From NCBI GenBank assembly GCA_963823665.1, contig CAWGMQ010000004.1, positions 2,464,001 through 2,528,000 of the forward strand: 64,000 bases of DNA, read 5' to 3'. Below, in pieces: positions 46,668-57,636 of the stretch. Each line of letters opens with the position of its first letter. The stretch's first letter is position 1. The position numbers and the translations under genes are program-made. The notes below the pieces were generated by a model that searched no databases, was not told the origin of the DNA, and saw only the letters and a list, made by a program, of their open reading frames with translations. Source of the DNA: an uncultured Planctomycetota bacterium (GTDB lineage Bacteria; Planctomycetota; Planctomycetia; Isosphaerales; Isosphaeraceae).

Positions 46668-49316
46668 ATGCCTGCGCAGCTCGTCGCTATCGTCTTCACC
46701 GACCTCGTTCAATCGACGGCTCTCAAGTCGCTCTTGCCGGGTAGTGACGTTGACGAGCGTAACCAGTCGTATGTGAGGACGATCGAGGAGCCCCATCGGC
46801 AACGGATCGAGGGTGATCTTCTTGCTGTGGGCGGCCGCATCGTCAAGAACACGGGTGACGGATTTCTGCTGGTGTTTACCCAGGCGGCGCAGGCGGCACG
46901 CTGGTCGATCGGATTGATGCGCAGCCATCTCGAGCGGCCGATCCCGACACCGCTCGGCGCACTTGAGCTCAAGATTGGTCTGCACGTCGGCGCACCCTTA
47001 CCCAATCCTCATGATCCAGACGACTATATCGGCCAGGAGATTGACTTCGCCGCCCGGCTCTGCGCGGGAGCAGCTCGAGGCCAGTTGCTGATTTCCGAGG
47101 CCGCCGCCGCCTTGATCCGCTCGGCGGAGCTCACGGGAGTGAAGGTCCACGGGCACGGCGGGCGCGAGCTGAAAGGCATCGGAATTGTGCCGGTGTTCGA
47201 GCTGCTCGAAGACGGTCAAAATCCCAAGCCGCCAGCTTCGCCAGCCTTGTCAGCCCTGGCGCCGGGGAACTTGCCATCGGCACACGCAAATTTCGTGGGC
47301 CGGGCAGACCTGCTTGCAAGGGTGCGCGGTTACTTGCGCGACGGCGGAGTGACGGCACTGAAGGGCGAGGGCGGCATGGGTAAGACCGCGCTGGCCGTCA
47401 AGGCAGCACGTGATGCGATGACCGCGGGCGAATTACCGGGCGGGGTTGCGTGGATCAACGCCGAACTTGAACCCAGCCTCGATGAATGCCTGCGCCAGGC
47501 AATGCGCGTCTTTTTCGGTGAGCGGACGGAGCAGGAGCCGATTGAGGTCTGTGCCGCCAGGATTTCCGAACATCTTGATCGTATGGATGCTCTGCTCCTG
47601 CTCGATAACTTCGAGACGGTCGTGCACAACCAGGAGCTGGTTCGCTGGCTGGCTGGCCTGCCGCCCAACGCGAGGATCCTGATCACAACCAGGGAAATTC
47701 CGCTTGGACTGATGGGCCGGGTGGTTGCAGTCGAGGAGCTGAGCGAAGGGGAAGCCCGAACGCTTTTCATGGAGCGAGCTGCACGGAGAGGGGCCATTAC
47801 CGCCGGACAAGAATCCGTGGTTCACATGATCTGTAGAGCGGTCGGCTGCCAGCCGCTGGCGATCGAGCTACTGGCTGCGCGAGCTGCGCTGGCACCATTG
47901 AGCAGGTTACTCGAGCGGGTCTTGAAAAGCCCGGGTGTCATCGATGCAAAACAGGACCCGACTCGACCGGACCGGCACCGGAGTGCCATCGCGTGCATCG
48001 AGCTATCGTTCAAGGCTTTAAGTGTCGGGGCGAATGATCTTCTGCGGCGAGTGAGTATCTTCCCCGCGGGTGCAAGCGGAGCGATCATCACGGCCGTCAT
48101 GGCTTCAATAGATTGGGACGATGCCGCCGAAGAGCTGGTGGCGGCGTCGGTGTGGCGATTGTCGGGCCGTCGTTACACGATGCATCCACTGGTGCGGCAG
48201 GTTGCTCTGGAAGAGCTGGGACAGAACCGCGCTGAGATCGAGCACGGCGCGGCGCTGGCTGTGACAAAGTTCATCTGTCTGCGCAATTCCCAGGCGCCGG
48301 CTCGCCAGGAGCTGACTCCCGCGCTCAAGTCGGCGATCGACTGGGTTGAGGCCGAGCTGCCCAATCTCTCCTCCGTGGCAGAATTCGCTTTCGCCGCCCG
48401 TGAATGGGAATGTGTCTTGAACCTCACGACGGCGATCTTCAATTTCTTCCAGGTGCGCGGGCACTGGACCGAGGCCGAGCCGCTTTACGCACAGGCGCTC
48501 GAAGCGGCTCGCCGCTCCGGCAACCGAACCGGCGAGGCGCGCGCGCTGAACTTCCTGGGGCTTATCTATCGCCAGCAAGGGCGCTGGGCCGAGGCAGAGA
48601 CCGCTCATCGAAACAGCCTGGCGATCTGGCAAGAGATCGGCGAGAAGCGCGGACTTGGCCACACGCTCAAACATCTTGGGCGGATCGTTCAACTTCGCCG
48701 GCGGTATGGCGAGTCAGCCCTGCTCTGCGAGCAGGCACTCGAGCTGCTGCGCGAAGTCGCCGACGCCCTCGGCGAGGCCAAGGCTCTTGCGTATCTTGGC
48801 AACGTCTACCGGTTCGACGGCCGCTATGAGGAGGCCACGAAGGTCTACCAGCAGGCACTGGAGATCAGCCGCGCGATCGGTGATCGGTATGACGAAGGCG
48901 AAATCCTGCGCCGTTTGGGGCAGATTCATCACGGGCAGGGGCATCACGATCAGGCCAAAGAGGATTTTCAACAAAGCCTCACCATCTGGCGAAGCTTTGA
49001 TGACCGGTACAATGAAGCTGTGATCCTTGACAACCTCGGCGCTCTTTTCCGGGACATGGCTCGATTCAGCGAGGCAGAGGCCATGCTCGAGCAAAGCCTC
49101 GCTGAGTTCCGGCAGTGCGGCGATCGGCGCAAACAGGGCGTGACACTCTTGAACCTGGCCAAACTGAATGCTGCCCGGGGAGATCGCGCGGCCGCGCTGG
49201 ATCTCGGGACTGGAGCCGTCGCCATCTTCGAGCAAACCGAAGATTCGTGGTTGCTCGAGCGTGCGCGTGAAATGCTCGACGATCTCAAGAGCAAAGATTC
49301 ACTTTCAAGACCCTGA
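46668..49316 (+). CDS. Class III nucleotidyl cyclase - STAND/NB-ARC NTPase - TPR protein
   Basis: FTDLVQST, KNTGDGF, IGLHVG, DFAARL; GEGGMGKT, LLLLDNFE, PLAIEL, MHPLVR; TPR repeats. Confidence 0.9.
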   Translation: MPAQLVAIVFTDLVQSTALKSLLPGSDVDERNQSYVRTIEEPHRQRIEGDLLAVGGRIVKNTGDGFLLVFTQAAQAARWSIGLMRSHLERPIPTPLGALELKIGLHVGAPLPNPHDPDDYIGQEIDFAARLCAGAARGQLLISEAAAALIRSAELTGVKVHGHGGRELKGIGIVPVFELLEDGQNPKPPASPALSALAPGNLPSAHANFVGRADLLARVRGYLRDGGVTALKGEGGMGKTALAVKAARDAMTAGELPGGVAWINAELEPSLDECLRQAMRVFFGERTEQEPIEVCAARISEHLDRMDALLLLDNFETVVHNQELVRWLAGLPPNARILITTREIPLGLMGRVVAVEELSEGEARTLFMERAARRGAITAGQESVVHMICRAVGCQPLAIELLAARAALAPLSRLLERVLKSPGVIDAKQDPTRPDRHRSAIACIELSFKALSVGANDLLRRVSIFPAGASGAIITAVMASIDWDDAAEELVAASVWRLSGRRYTMHPLVRQVALEELGQNRAEIEHGAALAVTKFICLRNSQAPARQELTPALKSAIDWVEAELPNLSSVAEFAFAAREWECVLNLTTAIFNFFQVRGHWTEAEPLYAQALEAARRSGNRTGEARALNFLGLIYRQQGRWAEAETAHRNSLAIWQEIGEKRGLGHTLKHLGRIVQLRRRYGESALLCEQALELLREVADALGEAKALAYLGNVYRFDGRYEEATKVYQQALEISRAIGDRYDEGEILRRLGQIHHGQGHHDQAKEDFQQSLTIWRSFDDRYNEAVILDNLGALFRDMARFSEAEAMLEQSLAEFRQCGDRRKQGVTLLNLAKLNAARGDRAAALDLGTGAVAIFEQTEDSWLLERAREMLDDLKSKDSLSRP

Positions 49317-49355
49317 ACCCCGGGATCCTCGACTCTCAACCGGAAGGACGATGAC

Positions 49356-51169
49356 GTGCGACTGGGACCAGGGCCGGTTTTTGCATACGAATGGCTGACG
49401 ACCACCCGCCGATGGCAGCTTTACGCGCTGCGTGCGTTCTTTCTCGGGTTCGTGCTCGTGGGGATGATCTTCACCTGGCAGGCGGGCCCCGCTGGTCGCA
49501 ATTCCGGCCAGAACGTGTCGATTCAGTCGCTGGCGTCGTATGGCCAGATGCTTTTCTTCACGATCGTGACAATCGAGCTCAGCCTGGTGCTTCTGGCAGC
49601 GCCAGCCGCCACGGCCGGGGCGGTTTGCCTCGACAAGGCACGGGGCACACTGGACCACATGCTGGCGACGGATCTCTCCAACGGCGAAATCGTGCTGGGC
49701 AAGCTCGGAGTGCGGCTGATTCCCGTGCTGGGGTTGATTGTCTGCCTGTTGCCGCTATCAGCGCTTACGGGCTTGCTGGGGGGCATCGATCCGCTGGCGC
49801 TTTTCGGCTCATTCCTCACGTCGGTTGCCTGCGCCGTGCTGGGCTGCTCGCTGGCCATGGCTCTTTCGGTTTGGGGTCGAAAGACGCACGAAGTGTTGAT
49901 GGTCACCTATCTCCTGATCATTGTATGGCTGAGCAGCCCGGTCCTGGTCATGATCCTGGCGTTCACTCTGGGTGCCGCGCGGCCTTCTTCCGTGCCACAG
50001 TACGTTCGCGATTGGGTGGAGCTTGCCAATCCGTACGTCCTGGTCTATCTGCCGTATACCAGACCGGGTAGGGCCGGCGTGTTGACCTTTGTCGGGTTCG
50101 CGGCTTGCTGTTTTGTTGTGTCCGGGTTGCTGGCCGTGCCTGTCGGCGTACCGCGTTCGAGCCGTCGCGCTCGAAGCAGGCTGGGCGGGCATCGATCCCG
50201 CGGCGCAACAGATTCGCAGGCGCTTTCTCGCGGCCGGCGTGGCTGCCGCAGCTGCCTGGTCCATCGCTCGACGGCAACCCGGTGCTCTGGCGCGAGTGGC
50301 AGCGTTTCAGGCCTTCGCGATTACTACGGGTGGCGTGGTTCTTGTATACCGCACTGGGGCTAATCTGGGTGGTGATCGCGCTGCGATCCACAGGCAACAC
50401 TTTCATGCAGGGCGAGGTTGTCGCCCTCATGGCGACTTTTCAGGTTGCGGTCGGATTGCTTCTCATGAGTGTCAATGCCGCGACCAGCCTTGCCGAAGAG
50501 CGCGTTCGCGGAAGCCTCGACATTCTTCTTTCGACACCGCTGTCGACGTTTTCCATACTCGTGGGCAAGTGGTGGGGTGCTTTCCGGCTGGCTCCCCACG
50601 TGATTCTCTGGCCTGCGATTCTCGGGGGAATACTACTCTGGGATCATGGGAGCTGGTTCGGGTACTTCCTACTCATCGGGCTGATGTTGGCCTACTGCAT
50701 GGTGATCGCCAGTCTCGGTCTGGCGCTGGCGACCTGGATCAGCCGATTGGGCCGCGCCGTTGCGAGCTGCGTCGGGATCGTCGTTGGTTTTTCAGTCGGA
50801 TGGCTGATCCTGGTCGTTACGATGACCACGCGTGACTTCGTGGGAATTCCGCTCGTTATGGGCAGCCCGCTCTATGGCACACTTGCGGGCATGAGCGGAG
50901 TGGTCGCAGGCCTGCACGGACCGATCGGACCCCAAGCTCGGTATGTATTCGTTGGTGCGATGATCTGGATCGTGCTCCACGGTGGTGCGGCCGCCTTTTT
51001 GTTCGGCGCGACAATCGCGACGTTTGACCAGTGCATGGGACGGATCGCCGAAACCAGCGAGCCTCATCATGCTCCGAGATCCGCCAAGAAGTGGGTGCCG
51101 GAGATCGAGCCGGGCCTGGATGATGTTCCGTTGAGTGAGGCAGATTTCCGGCCGATCGATCGAGCATAG
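49356..51169 (+). CDS. ABC-2-type permease with two modules; frameshift ~50135
   Basis: GPGPVFAYEW, DKARGTLDHMLAT.LS..EIVLGK, EERVRGSLDILLSTPL. Confidence 0.85.
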
Positions 51170-51207
51170 CGCTCGTTTGAGGAGGTTTGGCTCCGTCCGA
51201 GGCAGAC

Positions 51208-51765
51208 CTACTCGAAGAACCGTCCAACGCGGATGCGGAAATCGTTCAGGATGCCGGGAAGGGTCAGGTCTTCCTCTTTGCCGAGTCTCTTCGGCGAGTC
51301 TTCGGCGCTGAAAACGTGTGCAATTTGAGGTTCCGGATCGAGCTCGATTACGAGCAGGACACCAGCATTCAGGTATTCCGATACTTTCTCGAGGATGTCA
51401 GGCCAACGATCGTTCTCGGAGCGAACCTCGACGACGAGCTCCGGCGGTTCTGGGCCATATCCGGCCGGCAACGGGCCCTTGGGGAGGCGTGCGTAGCTGT
51501 AATAGGCAATATCGGCTCCGCGCACGGTGTCAGGATCGCGCTCGACGATCACACCGGAATCGTTGCTCAACACGCGGCCAAGCTCATGCGTGTCGACGAA
51601 GTTGCCGAAGATTCGATCGGCCCTGCCACAGACATAACCGTGCCTTCGATCGGGCACCGACATAGCCACGATTCTCCCGCGCACCAACTCTTCGGGATAA
51701 CCAGGGTCAGGCCGCTGGCCAAACTGCTCAGCGGTGATCAGTTCGAGCATCTCGGCGGTTGCCAT
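51208..51765 (-). CDS. Uma2-family endonuclease
   Basis: ELVRGRIV, DPDTVRGADIAY, PELVVEVRS, YLNAGV. Confidence 0.9.
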   Translation of the reverse strand: MATAEMLELITAEQFGQRPDPGYPEELVRGRIVAMSVPDRRHGYVCGRADRIFGNFVDTHELGRVLSNDSGVIVERDPDTVRGADIAYYSYARLPKGPLPAGYGPEPPELVVEVRSENDRWPDILEKVSEYLNAGVLLVIELDPEPQIAHVFSAEDSPKRLGKEEDLTLPGILNDFRIRVGRFFE

Positions 51766-51920
51766 TGCGCACCTCCCTCGCGGTTGAGTAGCTATTATCA
51801 CCGATCCCTGGCTTCTGCTCCATCCCGACTTTAGGGCGTAATTCTGCTTGGGCGTGTACCGCAGGTGCTACCATTCGAGATCGCCGCGGGCGGCAACGGA
51901 GTGTGCCTGCTACAACAGAT

Positions 51921-52703
51921 TCAAGATGGGCGAGAGCGGGCCAATTCTTCAGCCCAGACGCGATCAGACGCCCCGAGAGGAAGAGGCAACGGAGCTTGAT
52001 AGTCGATCGAGCGATCGTAACGACTGCGCTTGTAGACGGTGGCGAAGATTGGCGCCAGATCGAGCAGGATGTCTGGGTCGGGCAGGACGAGCGGGATCGG
52101 GATCGTGGGTAGAGGATCGCGAATCGACCACGAATAGACGTCTGCACGCGGCCGTTGCTCCGCGCGTGAAACGAAGGCAAAGTAGTCGCCGGGCGGAAGC
52201 GGCCGTGCCATCGGAAGCCGGCGGCCTCCCAGCAACAGATCCACCTCGACGAGGTGGATGGACCGCGCGATCAGCGAAACGCGCTTTTGAAGGTATTCCT
52301 CGTAACCATGCCCTGATTTGTTGGTCGGGGAAAGCAATTCAAGAATCGCAACGGGAACCCAATCCGGCTTCCGGCGGATTTCGATCCATCGATTTTTGAC
52401 TTCCTCGACAATGGTGGTCACCAAATCGATCGACTGAGGCTCAACAGTCGCCGTACCCGGTGACACACGACTGGCCGAGACCGGACGGCCTGTGCGCGAG
52501 ATCGCGACATCGGGATACCGAAACTGGGTGGAATCTTGAGGGTATTCCAGAATGTGGAATTCTTCCTCAATCCGAGCGATGTATCCGTCTGGAAGGCTTT
52601 CCGAAAGCTGGTCGGCACATGCATTGAGCAGACGCGAATGGAAATCGCGCCAATCGCCCGAGATTTCGAGATAAGGATCCATGCCGGGAAATGGACTGGT
52701 CAT
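51921..52703 (-). CDS. DUF4058-family protein
   Basis: SPFPGMDPYLE..WRDFH, ELLSPTNK, HLVEVDLL. Confidence 0.9.
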   Translation of the reverse strand: MTSPFPGMDPYLEISGDWRDFHSRLLNACADQLSESLPDGYIARIEEEFHILEYPQDSTQFRYPDVAISRTGRPVSASRVSPGTATVEPQSIDLVTTIVEEVKNRWIEIRRKPDWVPVAILELLSPTNKSGHGYEEYLQKRVSLIARSIHLVEVDLLLGGRRLPMARPLPPGDYFAFVSRAEQRPRADVYSWSIRDPLPTIPIPLVLPDPDILLDLAPIFATVYKRSRYDRSIDYQAPLPLPLGASDRVWAEELARSRPS

Positions 52704-52784
52704 CGAGATGCCCTCGGCCAAGAAGCCATGCCGTTTATTGAATTGTATCAGCTATCATTTCCCCAGGCTCCGGCAAAATGTCGC

Positions 52785-54492
52785 CTATCGTGGAGCTAGC
52801 CGCGGCCAGGCGATTTCGACTCCCTGGGCAACGAGTGAAGCTTGAAAGGCCGCGAGTTTCGGTGTGTTTCGAACGGAACGGGGCATCTGGCAGTGCTCCA
52901 AGCAAAAGGCCGCGAGTGCCCCGGCGGCCTCGCCGATTCCCCATTCGACGGGATGAAGCCGAAAGCAACCGTTCGTGATGTGGGTCGTGCCCAGATTCTT
53001 ACACGCCGGCAGCAAGTTCTCGACTCGCCGCGGGATCAATGCACCGAGGGGAATCTGGAACGGCAGCGAGCTGATGTCGATGTAGTTGTCACCGCCGGTG
53101 CTCGGGTGCAGGTCGATGCGATAGCTTCCGACTCCGACGCTGTCAGCGAATACCTCGGCGGAAGCATCCTGTGTTTTGAGAAGCCGGCGTCGCACCTCGG
53201 TGCCAACGTGCTGTTCCGTGACGGTGAATTCCGCGCGAATCCGCCGGGACTCGCGGATATAGGGAGCCTTGGCCAGACCGTCGGTGCTTCCCACGAGGTC
53301 TCCACGCAGCCGCAGCCCCGGGTAGCCAGCCTTTCCGTCGGGACGTGGACATTCGGTTTGGAGCCAGTACAGAACCGAGAGACTCAACTGCTTGGCTCGG
53401 GCGACGTGCTGGGTTGCCTGTGCGTGTGTAACTGCTTTGCCAACCAGCGGGCCGAGCCAGTAATCGTTCTGTGGCCAGTTGATCAGCGAGATCCCGGAGC
53501 TGCCCGGGTAAGCGCCGGGCTGGAAGTTCGAGGGATCGACAATTCGTCGGTAGACCCAGAGTCCCTTGCCGGTGCCTCGGGGATCAAACCCGCGGCTTGC
53601 GGACTTGAGCGTGACCGGATCGCTGTAATTCAAGTCGAGCAGTCGACCGGGCCAGGCGTGTTTGAGCGCGGGGACGAACTCGCGCCAGAAGGGGTACTCA
53701 GCCGGGCGCTCGATCGTGTGGTCCTGCCCATCGAGATAATCCACGGCGAAACAGCAGGTGAATGACTGTTGATTGTCGGGTTTTGCTTGAGCCGGCGCAT
53801 GAGGCTCGCCATGCTCAGCTTGCGCCTCGGCGCCGGTCACGAATTCGCGCTCCGGTCAATGGCAGAAGATCGCCGAGCTCGGTGGCGTCGAGGAAATAAG
53901 GCGCGTGCAGCATGCGCTCGGCGAGAGTCGCTCGATCGCGAACCGTAACAGACTGCACCCGGTCTCCTTGCATGGCTGCTGAGATCGGCTCATGTTCGAG
54001 AAGGATCAACAGTTTGCGGCTGGAAGCAAATGGCGCAAGGAGGGCGGCCAACGCTACAAGGGCGGCCCGCGGCTCGTGGCAAAGCGCGGAAACGGCCCCG
54101 TTGCCGGGATTGAGACGCTCCAGCGCTCGAGCTTCTGCGGTCAAGGGGTAATGACGTCGATAATGCGCGCGAATTTCGTGCCGCAGCCTGCGATAGGAAG
54201 CCGAGGCTCCGAATCGCTCGATCCAGGGGTGTTCATCGGGGGGCACCGCCTGTGAGGTGAGCTGGCCACCAATCCAGTCAGTCGATTCGGTGAGGACTGC
54301 GGTCCGGCCGCTTCGCAGGATTGCAAGGGCAGCCGCACACCCGCCGAGGCCGCCCCCGACAATCACAACATCGGCGGCAACCTCGTGCGGACTGCTACTC
54401 GATGCCATTCGCGCCCGGGCTATCGGGGAAAGTGCTCGCAACAGGGCGGCGAGCCCGTAAGCACTTGTGGAGACAAACTGCCGGCGTCGCAT
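52785..54492 (-). CDS. FAD-dependent oxidoreductase with Tat-like signal; frameshift ~53845
   Basis: MRRRQFV; VVIVGGGLGG, WIGGQLTSQ, DATELGDL; PYIRESRRI, PFQIPLGALIP, RLHPVEW. Confidence 0.88.
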
Positions 54493-54553
54493 GATCTGGC
54501 CCCCTTGGCACAATGTGTCGCAAGGCTGATAATTGACCACCGATAAATCCGTT

Positions 54554-54636
54554 GGCCTCGTGGCGGAATGGCAGACGCGTCGGTCTTAGGAGCCGGTGTC
54601 CGTAAGGACGTGGGAGTTCGAGTCTCCCCGAGGCCA
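54554..54636 (+). tRNA. tRNA-Leu (anticodon TAG)
   Basis: Acceptor GGCCTCG/CGAGGCC, D-arm, anticodon loop CT-TAG-GA, long variable arm, T-arm GGGAG-TTCGAGT-CTCCC; CCA not encoded. Confidence 0.95.
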
Positions 54637-55052
54637 CTCGAGGAACGCCGTATGGCGACACTGGTCGTCCAGCTCATATGGCTCAACTATAGGAATTCAT
54701 TTGACACCAGTCATCGCCGCGGTAGTATAAAGATCAGGATAGTCCTGCCCCGCGTCGTCCCAGTCGAGACGCATTGGCTCGGGTTGGCGCCGATCTGTCG
54801 GCCCCCCAAGAGCGCGACGAAATCCTACCGTGTTGCCCATCGATTCCGGACGGTCTTCTGACCGCTTTACGACAGCTTCACGGACGAGTTTGCCTGCTTC
54901 AGCATGCAAGGCCCCGCTTCGGCCTTGAGGGAAGTGCGTTCCTGCGGTCGGGGCGGAAACTCGACGGCAACTGGTTCCTCATGCGATAATCGTGCTGGCC
55001 AGCGGCTGGGGCGACTCAGAGAGATTTGACCGGAAAAATCGGTGGCGTCATC

Positions 55053-55396
55053 ATGATCGGCTTGCGGGAACTGATGCTGGTGGCGGTCGGTCGTGCTGGT
55101 CCTCTATGGACGGTCCGGCGTTCTCAAGAGCCGCCAGTTCCAGACGATCTGGCCCTGGATTTCGCCCCAGCGGCGCACTGGCCAAACCGGCGAGTTCAAT
55201 GCCCGCTTCACGAACGGAAGCCATCGGCGTCTACGGAGCGAGGTCGATCCTGCGAAGAAGGAAAACACTGCGTTTCTTTCTGCAGGGGAATCGCCTGTAC
55301 TGGTTCTTGACGATTCTGGCCGCGACCGCCGTGGCTACGGCGATCCTCGGCCGGATGATGATTGCAAGCGGGACCGGCCCAGGGCTTACCCACTGA
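55053..55396 (+). CDS. Small membrane protein with TatA-like N-terminus; two probable frameshifts
   Basis: MIGLRELMLVA / VLVLYGRSG...WPWISP / FFLQGNRLYWFLTILAA, spread over three frames. Confidence 0.5.
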
Positions 55397-55484
55397 CCAA
55401 AATCACGACAACGCGGACCAGATCGATTCGAGCGTGTCGCTCATCTGGTCGCAGCGCAATCACTTTGACCCGAGGAGATTTTCC

Positions 55485-55697
55485 ATGCTGCCTTTTGCGT
55501 TTTTCCTTCCATCGCTCGGCGGCACCGAGTTGATCATCGTCGCCCTGGTGTGCCTGCTGATCTTCGGAAACCGCTTGCCGAGCGTCATGCGCTCGCTGGG
55601 CAAGAGTGTGACCGAGTTCAAGAAAGGTGTTTCCGGGATCGAGGAGGATATCGAACAGGCGGTGACCGCCGACAAGAAAACTCCGCCGGGCGCTTGA
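55485..55697 (+). CDS. tatA: Tat translocase TatA/E subunit
   Basis: GGTELIIV...LLIFGNRLPSVMRSLGKSVTEFKKG. Confidence 0.9.
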   Translation: MLPFAFFLPSLGGTELIIVALVCLLIFGNRLPSVMRSLGKSVTEFKKGVSGIEEDIEQAVTADKKTPPGA

Positions 55698-55772
55698 GCC
55701 GAAACGGAGATGCTCGCCCGGCTGCAGTCGTTTTGCACCCATTCTCATCGAAGTTCAATTGGAGCGTTCGGA

Positions 55773-56105
55773 ATGTTTCCCAATGTTGGTCCGCTCGAGA
55801 TGATGATGCTTCTGGGCATTGCCGTCCTTCTCTTCGGGAAACGCCTTCCCGAGGTGGGGCGGTCGCTCGGCAAGGGAATCATCGAGTTCAAGAAAGGACT
55901 GAGTGGGGCGGTTGATGAGCTCGATATATCGGGCACTGGGCGATCTTCATGGAACCGAGGCTCGACGTCAACGCGATCCCCAGAGCCAGTGCGTGGGGAA
56001 TCGACTTACACGGACCAGTCTGTTCCCAAGTTCGAGCTGCCGGGAACACCGTCATCGTCCGCTCAGCCACCGGAGATGGAGTATCAGGCTGCGCCGCGCG
56101 ATTGA
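55773..56105 (+). CDS. tatA: Tat translocase TatA/B-family subunit
   Basis: GPLEMM...LLFGKRLPEVGRSLGKGIIEFKKG with a long tail. Confidence 0.85.
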   Translation: MFPNVGPLEMMMLLGIAVLLFGKRLPEVGRSLGKGIIEFKKGLSGAVDELDISGTGRSSWNRGSTSTRSPEPVRGESTYTDQSVPKFELPGTPSSSAQPPEMEYQAAPRD

Positions 56106-56141
56106 CACCGCCATGAATCGTGCCGAACGTGAGCCGTGGCG

Positions 56142-56681
56142 ATGATCGAGGACCAATTGATCGAGCTCGTCGAGGCTCCCCTCGAGCAGGTGGGCTCGAA
56201 GTTCCACGGCGGCGAGGAGTTTCGGGATCCACCGCTTGACGTCTTGCGCTACTACCGGCGCATGGTTCGAGTGGGCCGGACTCCGTTGCTCGGCAGAGCG
56301 CAGAGCGTGGTGCTCCTGGCTCGGCAGCCGGTCGATATCGAAGGGACTCGCCCATCGTATGAACGATTCCTGACGCGAATGGCGATGGCCGTCAATGGAC
56401 GATTTCCGCCTTGGCGAGGGCTCTCGATCGGCCTCTACAGCCTCGTGCTGACGCCCGAGCCGATCGTGCCGGGCGATGACGAGATGCTGCGCGCGGTGCT
56501 GGCCCTCAAACTTCGACGGATGCGCGTGGTGCCTCTGGGGTTATATCGAATCAACCTGGGGCAGGAAGCGCTCTCGCTGGCAATGCAGAGCGATCCCACT
56601 GGCGCCTTCACGGAAGGTGGAATTCTGGCCGAGCTTCTCTGCGAGCGTTTTCGCCGGTTCGTGCCGCTAATCGAGGTCTAA
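56142..56681 (+). CDS. Hypothetical protein
   Basis: ~180-aa ORF co-oriented with the tat genes. Confidence 0.7.
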   Translation: MIEDQLIELVEAPLEQVGSKFHGGEEFRDPPLDVLRYYRRMVRVGRTPLLGRAQSVVLLARQPVDIEGTRPSYERFLTRMAMAVNGRFPPWRGLSIGLYSLVLTPEPIVPGDDEMLRAVLALKLRRMRVVPLGLYRINLGQEALSLAMQSDPTGAFTEGGILAELLCERFRRFVPLIEV

Positions 56682-57350
56682 GGCTGGGGCTTGAGGTGCC
56701 GATTTGCCGGCCACTTTTGAGGAGGCCGCTGGAGGCGGCGCCAGCGCGCGAAAAACCAAATGCGCGGGGAGGTAGAAAACGATGGGGAAGCCGACGATCA
56801 TGATTGACAACCAGAGCCAGGGAGGCATGACGGTCTGCGGCTTCTCGTAGGTCAAGCCGTGCACGTAATTGATGTTCACAGCCAGGTCAGGGTTCTCAGC
56901 AGGGGCAGGCGGCTTCGGGGCCAGAAAGAACGAGACGAGCAGAATCACGGTGCTGGCAAGCGTCCAGCCGGCGAAGGCGCGCCGGTCGTAGCCGAGCCGC
57001 CAGAGAGCCCAGATCAGCACAAACGGCAGCCAACCGTGAAATGAAGAAAGGGCCCGGACGAAGACCGGGATCTTGGGGTCAAACATGTAGCTGGTCATGC
57101 CTGTGATTCGTGCGCCGATCAAGAGATCGGCCACCCAGAGCGCCTGAGGCACGGTGATTCCGACGGCGGCCATACTCAGGAGCAGCGGACTTTCGAGCCA
57201 GAACGCACCCAGACCGACCAGGAGCGCGACGTCGCAGAAGAACAAGAAATTCCACGCCGAGTAGGTCTTCCAGTAGTAGGGCACGAGCACAGCGACGAAG
57301 AGGGTGTACGCCAGCTTGACCGCCAAGGGGATCAAATGCTTGTCCGACAT
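56667..57350 (-). CDS. Membrane protein
   Basis: KLAYTLFVAVLVPYYW, NFLFFCDVAL, LSSFHGWLP, NINYV. Confidence 0.8.
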   Translation of the reverse strand: MSDKHLIPLAVKLAYTLFVAVLVPYYWKTYSAWNFLFFCDVALLVGLGAFWLESPLLLSMAAVGITVPQALWVADLLIGARITGMTSYMFDPKIPVFVRALSSFHGWLPFVLIWALWRLGYDRRAFAGWTLASTVILLVSFFLAPKPPAPAENPDLAVNINYVHGLTYEKPQTVMPPWLWLSIMIVGFPIVFYLPAHLVFRALAPPPAASSKVAGKSAPQAPALDLD

Positions 57351-57636
57351 CAAGCTGTCTCCTTCTCATTCCAGGGGCTCGAGCGGTTGGCTCCGACAGC
57401 AACCGACCGGCGACGGTGCTCGATCGAATGATCTTCCAAGTCTAAGATGCCCAAAGCGTTTGAAAGTTTGCCAGGTGGTTTTCAATTCCGGGCGGAATTC
57501 CGCCGCTCCCGGCGGCAAAACGGTCCTGGAACTTGAATCCAGCACGCAAGTGATCTTGCCTTCGATGCGATTCCAACTAAGATGTGGCCCTCAACATACA
57601 GCGGAGAGCCGGATTCAGTCTTGCACGGAGGCAGAC

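Noticed and set aside
51208..52703. Uma2 and DUF4058 nucleases as a defence system
   Set aside because: Both families are highly expanded and scattered in planctomycetes; there is no supporting context.
54554..54700. tRNA-Leu as an island integration site
   Set aside because: No integrase and no duplicate of its 3' end were seen; the flanking genes look like core genes.
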